Shown one piece after another: positions 18,867-29,247 of a stretch of 64,000 nt of DNA (position 1 is its first letter; each line of letters begins with the position of its first letter). Where the stretch lies: NCBI GenBank assembly GCA_046735395.1, contig JBJKQR010000008.1:52124-116123 (forward strand), given 5' to 3'. This DNA is from Fidelibacterota bacterium. Lineage in GTDB: Bacteria; Fidelibacterota; Fidelibacteria; Fidelibacterales; DSDE01. The notes below the pieces were generated by a model. It saw only the letters and a program-made list of their open reading frames with translations, had not been told where the DNA came from and searched no databases. Position numbers and translations under genes: made by a program.

Positions 18867-20021
18867 ATGATGAAACGGCTTTTGATTCTGTATTTTGCCC
18901 TGTTCACATTTGCTTCGGCCCAGACTCTGAAATTTTCCGGATATTACGAAGCGGAAGCGGATGAGACAACGCTGCCGCACGCGAGTTATAGCTACGCCTA
19001 CCACAAGCTGCGCCTGGATATGGAGGCAAATCCGGCGGATCATATTCAGTTCCGGGCGGATGTCATTTCGAAAACATATTTCGGGGACCGCAGTTTTGAT
19101 CTCAATAATTTTATACATCCGGACTATTTTCCGGCATATTACCTCGCGAGTTCGCCCATCACCTTCACCTTGCCGGATACGCTGCTTCTGGATAATCTGG
19201 AAGTCAGCTGGTCCGGAAAAAGGACTCAGGTCTGTCTGGGACGGCAGCAGATTTCTCCGGGAGTGGGCTATGCCTGGAATCCCCTCGATATTTTCAATCA
19301 CAAGGATGTGATGGATCCGACCTATGAACAGACCGGCATTCCGGCGCTGACAGTGCAGGTTCTGCTTCCCGCTATGGTTTACGCCTCCTGGGTGGCGGTA
19401 CCAGGGAATTCCTTTCATGATACGGAATACATGATGACCCTGAAGCGCGAACTCCTGTCTTCTGATCTTGCCCTCTCCTGGATCGTTGCGGATTCGCCCC
19501 GCATTTATGGCCCCCTGATCTGGCCGGCGCGGCGTGTTCTGGGACTGAGCACAGAGACGGATGCCGCCGGGCTGGGCCTGCGGACCGAGATTGCCGTGTC
19601 ACGTGTAAAAACCCCGGGTGCTGATACGGAAACAAAAACAGAGGCCATACTCGGGGCGGATTATACCTTCGAATCCTCGCTCTATGTTCTGCTGGAAGCC
19701 TTTCACAGTGATTTCGGGGTGACCGCGGAAAAAACCAATATTTTTGATTTTCTAGCCGCGTATGAAGGGGTGCGGCGATCGCTCAACCGGAATTACCTTT
19801 TTCTGTACGGTGCCATCCCTGCCGGCGATCTCCTCACGATTTCGGCCAGCATGATTGCAAATTTGGATGATCAGAGCCTGATCGTGATGCCTCAGGTGGA
19901 TTACAGTCTGAACCAGGCTGTAAATCTCGAAGGAACAGCCATTCTTCCTCAGGGAAAGGCGAAAAGTGAATTTGCCTGGCAGTCCTATGGCGGCCGCGTT
20001 CGTATCAATGTCTATTTTTAA
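18867..20021 (+). CDS. predicted outer-membrane beta-barrel protein
   Basis: signal peptide; GRQQISPGVGYAWNPLDIF; amphipathic strands; C-terminal YF. Confidence 0.7.
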   Translation: MMKRLLILYFALFTFASAQTLKFSGYYEAEADETTLPHASYSYAYHKLRLDMEANPADHIQFRADVISKTYFGDRSFDLNNFIHPDYFPAYYLASSPITFTLPDTLLLDNLEVSWSGKRTQVCLGRQQISPGVGYAWNPLDIFNHKDVMDPTYEQTGIPALTVQVLLPAMVYASWVAVPGNSFHDTEYMMTLKRELLSSDLALSWIVADSPRIYGPLIWPARRVLGLSTETDAAGLGLRTEIAVSRVKTPGADTETKTEAILGADYTFESSLYVLLEAFHSDFGVTAEKTNIFDFLAAYEGVRRSLNRNYLFLYGAIPAGDLLTISASMIANLDDQSLIVMPQVDYSLNQAVNLEGTAILPQGKAKSEFAWQSYGGRVRINVYF

Positions 20022-20036
20022 AATGTGGGGGACGAT

Positions 20037-22802
20037 ATGAGACAGCGTTTTCTATCGAAGATTGCAGAATGGTCTTCGGGCCACACCTGGAAAATGGCCG
20101 CAATTCTGTTTGTTATAACGCTTGTGCTGGGGGGATTCGCCTCACAGCTGACGATGAATATGAATCTGACGGGCCTGCTTCCCAAGGGTGATCCCATGGT
20201 GGATGAATTCAATTATATCTTTGAGGAATTCAACGGATCGTCCAATGCTTTCATTGTCGTGAAGGGGCCCTATGATAAAATGGTGGCCTATGCGGAGGCG
20301 CTGTCGCCGAAAATTCTCAAACTTCGGGAATGGATTGCTGAAAATGGATCGCCGGCGCTGCGAAAGGAACTGGCGGATATGGATGGGAAAATCAGTACCG
20401 GTGTTCTGAAGCCGTTACCCCGCTTTTATGCCCGGGTGGATTATCGTCAACCAAGGGATTTTATCCGTAAACACGGCCTGATGCTCATGTCGGCATCCGA
20501 TCTGAAAAATGATGAGGCGATGCTGAGCCAGCCCCGCCTGCCGGATCTGCTGAAAAATTTGAACGAAAGCCTGGAGCGGGAATATATACAGAGTGAAGAA
20601 AAGCTGAGTACGCATCAGAAGGAGCGGAATGCGGTTATGTTTCTGGACGGACTCGAGTCCTGGACTGACGCAACGCAGGCTGCGCTGCTTGACAGCGGTG
20701 GCCGGGAGCCGGACTTTGCCCGGGAGGCTGCCGCAGCCCTGACCATCGGTTCTCCCTATTTTATCAGTCCGGACCGAAGTATGCTCATCATGCAGGCGCT
20801 GCCGAATTTCTCCATGATGGATATGGATTACCTGCTTCCGGGAATCAACGGCCTGGAGGAAATGGCTAAAGGCCTGGCTCCGGATTATGGCGTGACGGCC
20901 GGACTGACCGGAGGAATTGTTCTTGGACGCGATGAGTATGTTGCCGGTATGGAGGATTCCATGTCCCTGACCATTATCGCCCTGATTGCAATACTCCTTC
21001 TGTTCGTGGTTACATTTCGAATGGTTGCGGCTCCGGTTCTGTCTGTTCTGACACTGATCATTGGTGTCGTCTGGGCCATGGGAGTGACCTGGTTCCTTGT
21101 GGACGAGCTGAATATGTTCACAGCAATGATGGCGGTGGTCCTTGTGGGGCTGGGTATCGATTATTCCATTCATATTATTTCCGTATACTCGGAATTAACC
21201 AATAAAGGCGTTCTGCCGGCTCCGGCCCTTCGGGAAACCCTTCAGAAAGTGGGAACCGGTATCATGACCGGCGCGGTTACCACTGCGGCAGCCTTTCTGA
21301 CACTGATGATTGCGCGAAGCCAGGGAATGGCGGAATTCGGCCTGGTGAATGGTGCCGGCCTGATTGTCATCATGATTTCCACTCTGCTCACTCTGCCTGT
21401 CATGCTCATGCTGCGGGAAAAATACCGGGTTCTCAGAAAGAAGCCGGTTCTGCCCGCCCGGGATGTGAGATATAATTTTGCGGGAAAGCTGGCTGCCGGA
21501 ATTCAGCATCACCGTCTGCCTTCATTCATTGTACTTGTTCTGTTTACGCTTGTTGCCATATTTTATGCAGATAAAGTCAAGATGGATTATAATTATCTGA
21601 ACATGGAACCGGTGGGGCTCGAGTCCATCCGCCTCAATGATGAAATTATTGACAAGTTCAATATGTCTTCGGATATGACCATGATGACGTCCACCAGCCT
21701 GGAGGAAAATTATCGGTATACGGAGGAAGCAAAAACGAAGAGCAGCATTTCCTATGTGGAATCCATCGCGGATTATTTACCGCTGGCAACGGCACAGGAT
21801 GCCCGAAAGCCTCTGCTCATGGCGATTCACCGGGCAATGGCATCGGCTGATCCGCGGCGGCCCCTCACCCGGAATGAGGTTGCGCAGGTGAAGGAGGAGC
21901 TGATCCGTCTGGAAGATAATGTGATGGAAATTCAGGATATGGCATTTGTGGGTGGCCAGGATATGGTGGACAGAAAAGCGACGCGGCTTGTGGGAAATCC
22001 GGATCGGCCGGATGACAGCGGAAAGCTGAGTACGCTGATTGCGAAGCTGGAGGCCCTTCCTGATCCCGAACAGAAATTCAACGCCTACGACCATGTTTTT
22101 GCCCCGGCCTACCGCGCCATGGTTCTGTCCATGTCGGATACAAGCCGGATCACACTGGCAGACCTGCCCGGAAGCGTTCGGGAGAAATATATCTCAGAAG
22201 ACGGATCCCGGTATCTGATGACCATTTATCCCAAGGGAAATGTATGGAATATCGACTATCTGAAAAAGCATACCCGGGATATGCTGGATATCAGCAGCAG
22301 TATTGCCGGAACGCCGCCCATGTTTTATTATCTGCTGGAAATCATCGGGGCAGATGGTGCAAAGGCCTCGATTCTCACCCTGCTGGCGGTATTGCTCTTT
22401 CTCTGGGTGGATTTTGCTTCGCTGAAACGGGCCTTTCTCGCATTGATCCCGCTGGCTTTCGGAGTAACCTGGATGCTGGGTGTCATGGGCCTGTTCGGGA
22501 TAAAATTCACACTGCTGAATATTATGGCCCTGCCCCTGATAATCGGAATCGGGATTGATGACGGGGTGCATATTCTGCATCGCTGGTCCATTGAAGGAAA
22601 ATCGAATATTTATGGCGTGTTTGCCTCAACGGGCAAGGCTGTGATTATCACCAGCCTGACGACAATGCTCAGTTTCGGTTCGCTGGTTTTTGCCACCTAT
22701 CGCGGATTCGGTTCACTGGGGATCGCCCTGTTTATCGGTGTGGGCGTGTGCCTGCTGGCGTCACTGGTTATTCTTCCCGCCTTTCTGCGGGACGGACGCT
22801 GA
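20037..22802 (+). CDS. MMPL/RND family transporter (HpnN-like)
   Basis: two TM repeats with GLGIDYSIH and GIGIDDGVH; large periplasmic loops. Confidence 0.9.
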   Translation: MRQRFLSKIAEWSSGHTWKMAAILFVITLVLGGFASQLTMNMNLTGLLPKGDPMVDEFNYIFEEFNGSSNAFIVVKGPYDKMVAYAEALSPKILKLREWIAENGSPALRKELADMDGKISTGVLKPLPRFYARVDYRQPRDFIRKHGLMLMSASDLKNDEAMLSQPRLPDLLKNLNESLEREYIQSEEKLSTHQKERNAVMFLDGLESWTDATQAALLDSGGREPDFAREAAAALTIGSPYFISPDRSMLIMQALPNFSMMDMDYLLPGINGLEEMAKGLAPDYGVTAGLTGGIVLGRDEYVAGMEDSMSLTIIALIAILLLFVVTFRMVAAPVLSVLTLIIGVVWAMGVTWFLVDELNMFTAMMAVVLVGLGIDYSIHIISVYSELTNKGVLPAPALRETLQKVGTGIMTGAVTTAAAFLTLMIARSQGMAEFGLVNGAGLIVIMISTLLTLPVMLMLREKYRVLRKKPVLPARDVRYNFAGKLAAGIQHHRLPSFIVLVLFTLVAIFYADKVKMDYNYLNMEPVGLESIRLNDEIIDKFNMSSDMTMMTSTSLEENYRYTEEAKTKSSISYVESIADYLPLATAQDARKPLLMAIHRAMASADPRRPLTRNEVAQVKEELIRLEDNVMEIQDMAFVGGQDMVDRKATRLVGNPDRPDDSGKLSTLIAKLEALPDPEQKFNAYDHVFAPAYRAMVLSMSDTSRITLADLPGSVREKYISEDGSRYLMTIYPKGNVWNIDYLKKHTRDMLDISSSIAGTPPMFYYLLEIIGADGAKASILTLLAVLLFLWVDFASLKRAFLALIPLAFGVTWMLGVMGLFGIKFTLLNIMALPLIIGIGIDDGVHILHRWSIEGKSNIYGVFASTGKAVIITSLTTMLSFGSLVFATYRGFGSLGIALFIGVGVCLLASLVILPAFLRDGR

Positions 22803-22859
22803 ATGTCGATATAGAATATTTAAGAAAATACAGATCAGATCTGAAATGGGTGTGCGGTA

Positions 22860-23912
22860 TTAATTCACCCGCAGCCAGGATACGAACAGATCCGCCAGTT
22901 CGGGGTCAAACTGATGGCCTTTATGGGTCTCGATTTCGATGATGGCATCCACGCGGCTCATGGCCTCCTTGTGGGGACGGGCGCTGGTAATGGCGTCATA
23001 GGCATTTGCAATGGTGAGAATGCGTGAAAAATAATTGATTTCCTCCCCTTTCAGGCCCTGGGGATATCCGCTGCCGTCATAATGTTCATGATGCTGAAGG
23101 ATGATGTCCCGGATCTCAGCCATGAATTCAAAAGGCTTCAGAATGGTCGCGGCCATATTGGGATGCTGTTTGATCTCGACCCAGTCCTCATCGGTGAAGG
23201 TCTCTGTTTTATTGAGTATATGTTCCGGGATCACCAGCTTGCCCAGATCGTGAAGCTTGGCGGCCGAATCCAGCATCTGGGTCTCGCTCTCGCTCAGGTG
23301 AAGGATGCGGGCGAAGGCATTGCAGTATTCGACCACATTCCGCGTATGTCCCGCAAGATAGGGATCCTTGTGCTCCATCATCTGCATGAAGGACGAGATG
23401 ACTTCCACCGTTACACTTTCCAGATTGCGGACATTTTCCTGCAGCTGCTGGTTCTTCACCTGCAGAAGTTCGGTTTTTTTCCGGATTTCGTTCTGAAGGT
23501 CCTGCTTGTACTGCTTCTCGCGGAGAAGCTGATCACGGTATTCGAGGGAGCGCCGGATGATAATATCGAGTATTTTGTAATTTGTAATCGGCTTGGGTAC
23601 GAAATCGTAGGCGCCGATTTTTATGGCTTCAATGGCATTCTCCATGGTGGACTCGCCGGTGATAATGACAATCGGCACGTCATCGCGAACCTGACGGATA
23701 AGCTTGATGGTCTCAAAGCCGCTGATATTGGGCATGTAGATGTCCATGAAAATCAGATCAATGGAGGGGTCGGTCTGGCTCAAATGATAGGCGCGCTCAC
23801 CATCATCCACGGATATGACCGCATAACCGAGATGTCTCAGAATCGCTTCGAAAGAGTTGCGTACAACAGCATCATCGTCAACGACAAGGATCTTATATTC
23901 TCTGTCTTCCAC
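22860..23912 (-). CDS. response regulator with HD-GYP domain
   Basis: REC (VVDDD, MDIYMP, KP); LHDLGK and HHEHYDGSGYP. Confidence 0.92.
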   Translation of the reverse strand: MEDREYKILVVDDDAVVRNSFEAILRHLGYAVISVDDGERAYHLSQTDPSIDLIFMDIYMPNISGFETIKLIRQVRDDVPIVIITGESTMENAIEAIKIGAYDFVPKPITNYKILDIIIRRSLEYRDQLLREKQYKQDLQNEIRKKTELLQVKNQQLQENVRNLESVTVEVISSFMQMMEHKDPYLAGHTRNVVEYCNAFARILHLSESETQMLDSAAKLHDLGKLVIPEHILNKTETFTDEDWVEIKQHPNMAATILKPFEFMAEIRDIILQHHEHYDGSGYPQGLKGEEINYFSRILTIANAYDAITSARPHKEAMSRVDAIIEIETHKGHQFDPELADLFVSWLRVN

Positions 23913-24068
23913 TGTGTTTTTTACTCCCTATGGTCTATAATCTGCCATATCGGAACAAAGTACACGATTATTACATAGAAAATCAAGGAAAAACATGATC
24001 AGGGACCGGTCGGACGTTTCTGTATAGTCTTTGTGAACAACGGCTTCAGGAGTGAATCGCGGCCTGAC

Positions 24069-25451
24069 TCAGGGGGAGGTCTGGAACAGGCGGGTATGGA
24101 GCGCGCGGATTGCTTCGCATTTGTCCTTTACATCAACGATAAAATAGGCTGCGACCTGCGATGCGCCCACGGAGATGAGGCGGATGTTGATATTCTTCTC
24201 CGAGACGGCCGTAAATATTTCGGCTGCGATGCCATGCTGGTCCAGCAGTCCTTCGCCGACCAGTGCGATGAGGCAGAGATCCTGGCGGACTTCAAGCGCG
24301 GAGACCGCATGTATATCAAGATTTCGCAATGCCTGGTGCGCGCGGGGCAGATCCTGGTTGGACAGCAGGAAATTGATGCTGGTCTGGGATGTAATCACGG
24401 ATTTGATGTTGATGCCCTGATGATCGAGTTCTGTGGTCGTTCGGGCCAGAATACCGGGTTTGACGCCCACGCCGGGGCCCTTCAGCTTCAGGATGCTGAA
24501 ATCATCACTGTAGGTCACACTTTTCAGAATCCGCGCCTTCCGAACCACTCCGTTTGCCGAGATACGGGTATAGGGGGCGTCCTCCCTGCCGGCATCCTTG
24601 AGATTGAAAATCCGGATGGGTATCCGGCTTTCCTGAAGCGGTTCGACGGTCCTCGGATGGAGAATGCGGGCGCCGAAGTAAGCCAGTTCGGCCGCTTCCG
24701 TATAGCTGAGATGTTCGATATGTACTGCTTCGGGGACCACTTTCGGATCGGCGCTCATAAACCCATCCACATCTTTCCAGACGTCGAGTGACGAGGCGCC
24801 GATACAGCGGGCAATGGAGGCTGCCGAATAATCACTGCCGCCTCTGCCGAGCAGGGTGACTTTATTTTCCCGGCTGACACCGTAAAATCCCGGAACGACG
24901 GTAAGTATATTTTCTGCCAGAGCCTCGGAGACGCGGGGAAGACTTTCCCTGAAATCCACGGTGGCGTTTCCGAATTCGCCGTCGGTCATCAGGCCCATCT
25001 CCTCCGGAAGAAGTTCGCGACAGGCTTGGCCGTCGGCTTTCAGAAATTCCGTGAGCATGAGTGAACTGAGCCGTTCGCCATAACTGAGAACCAGGTCTTC
25101 CACGAAACGGGGAATTTCCCCGATATAAAAGGCGCCGGTCAGGTAGCGTTCCAGCGTCCGGATCCGCCCCTCCACTTTCGCCGTGATTTCCTGTTCAAGT
25201 CCGGGATCGCTGATAATCTCATGAATGATGTTGCGCTTGAGGCCGCTGAGAAATTCGCTGAGACCGGAGATGCTGTCGGCATCCTTCTGGCTTTTCCAGA
25301 GCATGGCTTCCAGTTGATCGGTAATACCGTAAAAGGCGGAAATGACCACAACCACCGGTTGCCGGTAATCCCGGATGACCTGCAGAATTTTCCGTATATC
25401 CGCGGCGGTTCTGAGCCCGGATCCACCGAATTTGAGGACGATTTCAGGCAT
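24069..25451 (-). CDS. lysC: aspartate kinase with two ACT domains
   Basis: VLKFGGS, TLLGRGGSDYSA, EAAELAYFGARILHP. Confidence 0.9.
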   Translation of the reverse strand: MPEIVLKFGGSGLRTAADIRKILQVIRDYRQPVVVVISAFYGITDQLEAMLWKSQKDADSISGLSEFLSGLKRNIIHEIISDPGLEQEITAKVEGRIRTLERYLTGAFYIGEIPRFVEDLVLSYGERLSSLMLTEFLKADGQACRELLPEEMGLMTDGEFGNATVDFRESLPRVSEALAENILTVVPGFYGVSRENKVTLLGRGGSDYSAASIARCIGASSLDVWKDVDGFMSADPKVVPEAVHIEHLSYTEAAELAYFGARILHPRTVEPLQESRIPIRIFNLKDAGREDAPYTRISANGVVRKARILKSVTYSDDFSILKLKGPGVGVKPGILARTTTELDHQGINIKSVITSQTSINFLLSNQDLPRAHQALRNLDIHAVSALEVRQDLCLIALVGEGLLDQHGIAAEIFTAVSEKNINIRLISVGASQVAAYFIVDVKDKCEAIRALHTRLFQTSP

Positions 25452-26484
25452 TCAGATGCCCTTTTTTCACCAGTAATTCCGCATTGAGAATGGCGGTGCC
25501 GGCCGCGCCCCGCACCGTGTTATGGGACATGAGAACGAATTTATACTGAAGTACGGGACAGGGGAGGAGTCGCCCGATACTGGTGGCCATCCCCTTGTCG
25601 ATATCCCGGTGCAGTTTGGGCTGGGGAAATTCATTTTCATCGAAATAATGCAGCGGCTGCAGCGGTGCGGACGGAAGATCCAGCGTCTGGGCTTCTCCGC
25701 GATATTGCCGCCAGGCTTCGATGATATCCTGCTGCGTGGGCCGTGTTTGTAATTTAATCGAAACAGCTTCCGTGTGTCCGTCACTCACATTGACCCGATG
25801 ACACTGGCTGCTGATGGTGAATGCCGCATCTACAATATGATCTCCGGTGCGGGTTCCGAGGATTTTCAGGCTTTCGTAATCCATTTTTTCTTCTTCACCG
25901 GAAATGAAGGGAATCACATTGTCGTCGATATTCATGGTCCGGGCGGCCTGATATCCTGCGCCCGAGACAGCCTGCATGGTGACGACGTGAAGTTTTTCGA
26001 TACCAAATTGATCGTGCAGGGGTTTGAGAGCCATGACCAGCCCGGTTGTGGAACAGTTGGGATTGGTAATGATGGCGCCTTTCCGGCCCTGAAAGCCGAT
26101 AAGGTTCAGGTGGTCGGCATTGATATCAGGAATAAGCAGGGGAACATCCCGGTCATAACGGTGGTTCCGGGCGTTCGAGATAACGATACAGCCCGAATCG
26201 GCCACGGCGCTTTCGATGGGTCCGGCTACAGACGCATCCAAAGCTGAAAAGACGATGGGAGTGGTAAATACGGAATCGCTCGGGAGGAGTTTCATGTTCC
26301 GGACTTTTTCCGGAATAGCTGTGGGCAGCATCCAGTCCACTGCATCAGCATAGGATTTACCGGCATTTTTATCCGAAGCGCTCAGTGCAGTGATGTCAAA
26401 CCAGGGGTGGGATTCCAGAAGCTGTATGAATTTCTGCCCGACGCTCCCGGTGGCTCCAAGGATGGTGACCGGTGTTTTTTTCAT
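25444..26484 (-). CDS. asd: aspartate-semialdehyde dehydrogenase (archaeal/fungal-like type)
   Basis: [40 protein letters not shown] before ATG 26484. Confidence 0.95.
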   Translation of the reverse strand: MKKTPVTILGATGSVGQKFIQLLESHPWFDITALSASDKNAGKSYADAVDWMLPTAIPEKVRNMKLLPSDSVFTTPIVFSALDASVAGPIESAVADSGCIVISNARNHRYDRDVPLLIPDINADHLNLIGFQGRKGAIITNPNCSTTGLVMALKPLHDQFGIEKLHVVTMQAVSGAGYQAARTMNIDDNVIPFISGEEEKMDYESLKILGTRTGDHIVDAAFTISSQCHRVNVSDGHTEAVSIKLQTRPTQQDIIEAWRQYRGEAQTLDLPSAPLQPLHYFDENEFPQPKLHRDIDKGMATSIGRLLPCPVLQYKFVLMSHNTVRGAAGTAILNAELLVKKGHLNA

Positions 26485-26724
26485 GAATCCTCCCTCTTCA
26501 ATGGTGGGGAATATAGTACAATTTCCGGAAAATATGATGCGATTTTTGGCCCGATGCGGGGTGCGGACAGGGCTTTTTCCGGAATTGGACAAGGGGATCC
26601 GGGGAATTGGCCGGATGGGATATTCCACTGCGATCCGGCATCGATTTTTTCATGGGCGGTGAGGAATGTCAGGATCATAAAAAACAAGTGATATTCGGGT
26701 CGGACTATCGTAATTTTACCCCTT

Positions 26725-27807
26725 ATGAAAAAGATTGTCACAGTAATCGGAGCACGGCCGCAATTTGTGAAGGAGGCGCCCTTCAGCCGCGCTGTCCGAC
26801 GCGAGTTTGAAGAAATCATTGTCCACACGGGGCAGCATTATGACGAGAATATGTCCCGCATCTTCTTTGAGGACATGGGAATTCCCAAGCCCAAATATAA
26901 CCTGAATATAGGTTCGGGTATGCACGGGCTTCAGACTGCCCGCATTCTGGAGGGCGTGGAGGGAATTCTGCTTCTGGAAAAGCCGGATTATGTGGTGGTC
27001 TTCGGTGATACAAATTCCACGCTGGCGGGAGCGCTGGCTGCCGTGAAACTCCACATCCCCGTTGGCCACATCGAAGCCGGCCTCCGGTCCTTCAACCGCC
27101 GAATGCCGGAAGAGATCAATCGAATCATGACAGATTCCATTTCATCCCAGCTTTTCTGTCCCACCGGCAACGCCGCGGATCTGCTGGCCCGCGAAGGCAT
27201 TGTGAAAAATGTCCATGTCGCCGGTGATGTGATGTATGATGCCATCAGGCATTTCCTGCCCCTGGCTTCCGAAAAATCAAAGATACTGCAGACACTGCGC
27301 CTGAATCCGGGTGAATTCAACCTGCTCACCATTCATCGTGCTGAAAACACCGATGATCCCGAACGCCTGAAATCCATCTTTCGGGGTGTGGCCGCGTCGA
27401 CGCTGCCGGTGATTTTCCCCCGGCATCCACGGCTGAAGGCCATGCTGGAAGCCCCGGACTTTCATGATTTCATAAAAGGTATCTCCTGTCTTCATATTAT
27501 TGAACCGGTCGGATTTCTCGATATGCTCATGCTGGAAAGCGCGGCCTTCAAGATCCTCACCGACTCGGGCGGGGTTCAGAAGGAAGCCTTTTTCATGAAA
27601 AAACCCTGTATTACGCTGCGGGACGAAACGGAATGGACCGAGACGGTGGAAGAGGGATATAATCGGGTCTGCGGCGCAGACGAACAAAAAATTACAGACG
27701 CTGTGCGGGATTTCCATCCGCAGCATGAACCGGCCATCCGCTTCGGTGACGGCCACGCCGCCGAAAAAATGGCCACTCTGATCGATCATTTTCTCAGTAA
27801 ATCATGA
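26725..27807 (+). CDS. wecB: UDP-N-acetylglucosamine 2-epimerase (non-hydrolysing)
   Basis: GARPQFVK, HTGQHYD, HIEAGLRS, TDSGGVQKEA. Confidence 0.92.
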   Translation: MKKIVTVIGARPQFVKEAPFSRAVRREFEEIIVHTGQHYDENMSRIFFEDMGIPKPKYNLNIGSGMHGLQTARILEGVEGILLLEKPDYVVVFGDTNSTLAGALAAVKLHIPVGHIEAGLRSFNRRMPEEINRIMTDSISSQLFCPTGNAADLLAREGIVKNVHVAGDVMYDAIRHFLPLASEKSKILQTLRLNPGEFNLLTIHRAENTDDPERLKSIFRGVAASTLPVIFPRHPRLKAMLEAPDFHDFIKGISCLHIIEPVGFLDMLMLESAAFKILTDSGGVQKEAFFMKKPCITLRDETEWTETVEEGYNRVCGADEQKITDAVRDFHPQHEPAIRFGDGHAAEKMATLIDHFLSKS

Positions 27808-29204
27808 AACATCGCACCTTTTTAATTCTGGTTTTTCTGTCCGACCTTGTCATGTCGGTCGCGGCGCTTCTGGTTATGTTTTTTCTTCGCTTCCGCGCGG
27901 GAATTATTCCCAGTCCGGTGGAACTGTATTACAGTGATCTGATCTTTCCTGCGGCCGTTCTGTATCTGTACTGGCTGGCTTTTTACCTGTATTTTGACCT
28001 CTATTCCTTCCCGGCAGCCCCGTCCCGGTTTGACGAGACGCTGCGGATCTTCAAAACCCATATTTACGGAATTCTCTTTCTGTTTCTGCTCACCTTCGAC
28101 ATTACCCGGCCCCTGAGCCTGGGGCGTCTGAGTCTGCTGGCCTATATGGTGATACACGGCGGCTTTACTGTTCTCGGACGTATTTTCGTCATCAGTATTC
28201 AGAGAAACCGCTATCTGCGCGGTATCGGACTCAAGAATGTTCTGATCGTGGGGTTCAATGAATACGGTTTTGATATTTTTCGTAAAATCCGCGATTTTCC
28301 GGCGCTGGGCTATAAAGTCGTGGGCTTCATTACACTTGATCTGGCCCGGCATGGAGGAAAAAATTACGAGGGCGTGGACGTTCTGGGTGATGTGGACGGC
28401 CTGCCTGAACTGATTCAGAGCCTGGAAATCCGCGAGCTGGTCATCGCCTTCGAAAGCAGCAACCATGAAAAACTGCTGGATGTGATTTCGGGCGTGGGCC
28501 GGCTGAATGTGGGCCTGAAGATCATTCCCGACATGTACGATATTATCTCCGGACAGGCCCGCACCAATCAGATCTACGGCTTTCCCCTCATTGATATCTT
28601 TCCCCAGCTCATGCCCCGCTGGGAAAAACTTCTGAAACGCTCGCTGGATGTGACGGTCAGTCTGATCGCGCTGATCCTCTGGCTGCCCTTTTCGCCCATC
28701 TTCGCGCTGCTGATCAGGCTGGACAGCAAGGGGCCCGTTTTTTATCGGCAGGAACGCCTGGGACGCAACGGCCGTCCCTTCATGATCATCAAGTACCGGA
28801 CAATGATCAGCGATGCGGAAGCGAAAACCGGTGCCGTCTGGGCGTCAAAGAATGATCCGAGAATTACACGGCTCGGGAATTTCCTGCGGAAAAGCCGTAT
28901 TGATGAAATTCCCCAGTTTATCAATGTGCTGCGGAATGAAATGAGCCTGGTGGGGCCGCGCCCCGAACGGAAGGTTTTCATCGACGATTTCGTGCAGCGC
29001 ATCCCGCTCTACAAGCACCGGCTGAAAATGAAGCCGGGCATTACCGGCTGGGCTCAGATTATGCACAAATATGATGAAAGCTTTGAGGATGTGAAAAAAA
29101 AGCTGCAATACGATCTCTATTATCTGGAGAATATGAGCATCCGTCTGGATATTAAGATTATCCTGTCCACGCTTTCCGTCATGCTGTCCCGCAAGGGTCA
29201 GTAG
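27804..29204 (+). CDS. undecaprenyl-phosphate sugar phosphotransferase (WcaJ/WbaP family)
   Basis: N-terminal TM segments; KYRTM, DPRIT, RIDEIPQ, MSLVGPRPE, KPGITGWAQ. Confidence 0.93.
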   Translation: MKHRTFLILVFLSDLVMSVAALLVMFFLRFRAGIIPSPVELYYSDLIFPAAVLYLYWLAFYLYFDLYSFPAAPSRFDETLRIFKTHIYGILFLFLLTFDITRPLSLGRLSLLAYMVIHGGFTVLGRIFVISIQRNRYLRGIGLKNVLIVGFNEYGFDIFRKIRDFPALGYKVVGFITLDLARHGGKNYEGVDVLGDVDGLPELIQSLEIRELVIAFESSNHEKLLDVISGVGRLNVGLKIIPDMYDIISGQARTNQIYGFPLIDIFPQLMPRWEKLLKRSLDVTVSLIALILWLPFSPIFALLIRLDSKGPVFYRQERLGRNGRPFMIIKYRTMISDAEAKTGAVWASKNDPRITRLGNFLRKSRIDEIPQFINVLRNEMSLVGPRPERKVFIDDFVQRIPLYKHRLKMKPGITGWAQIMHKYDESFEDVKKKLQYDLYYLENMSIRLDIKIILSTLSVMLSRKGQ

Positions 29205-29247
29205 GCGGCGGAAGGTCTGAAATATAACCAGTTAACCGGAGGATTTA

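Noticed and set aside
26485..26724. Possible lysine riboswitch or T-box upstream of asd
   Set aside because: No conserved riboswitch or T-box motifs and no terminator; looks like a divergent promoter region
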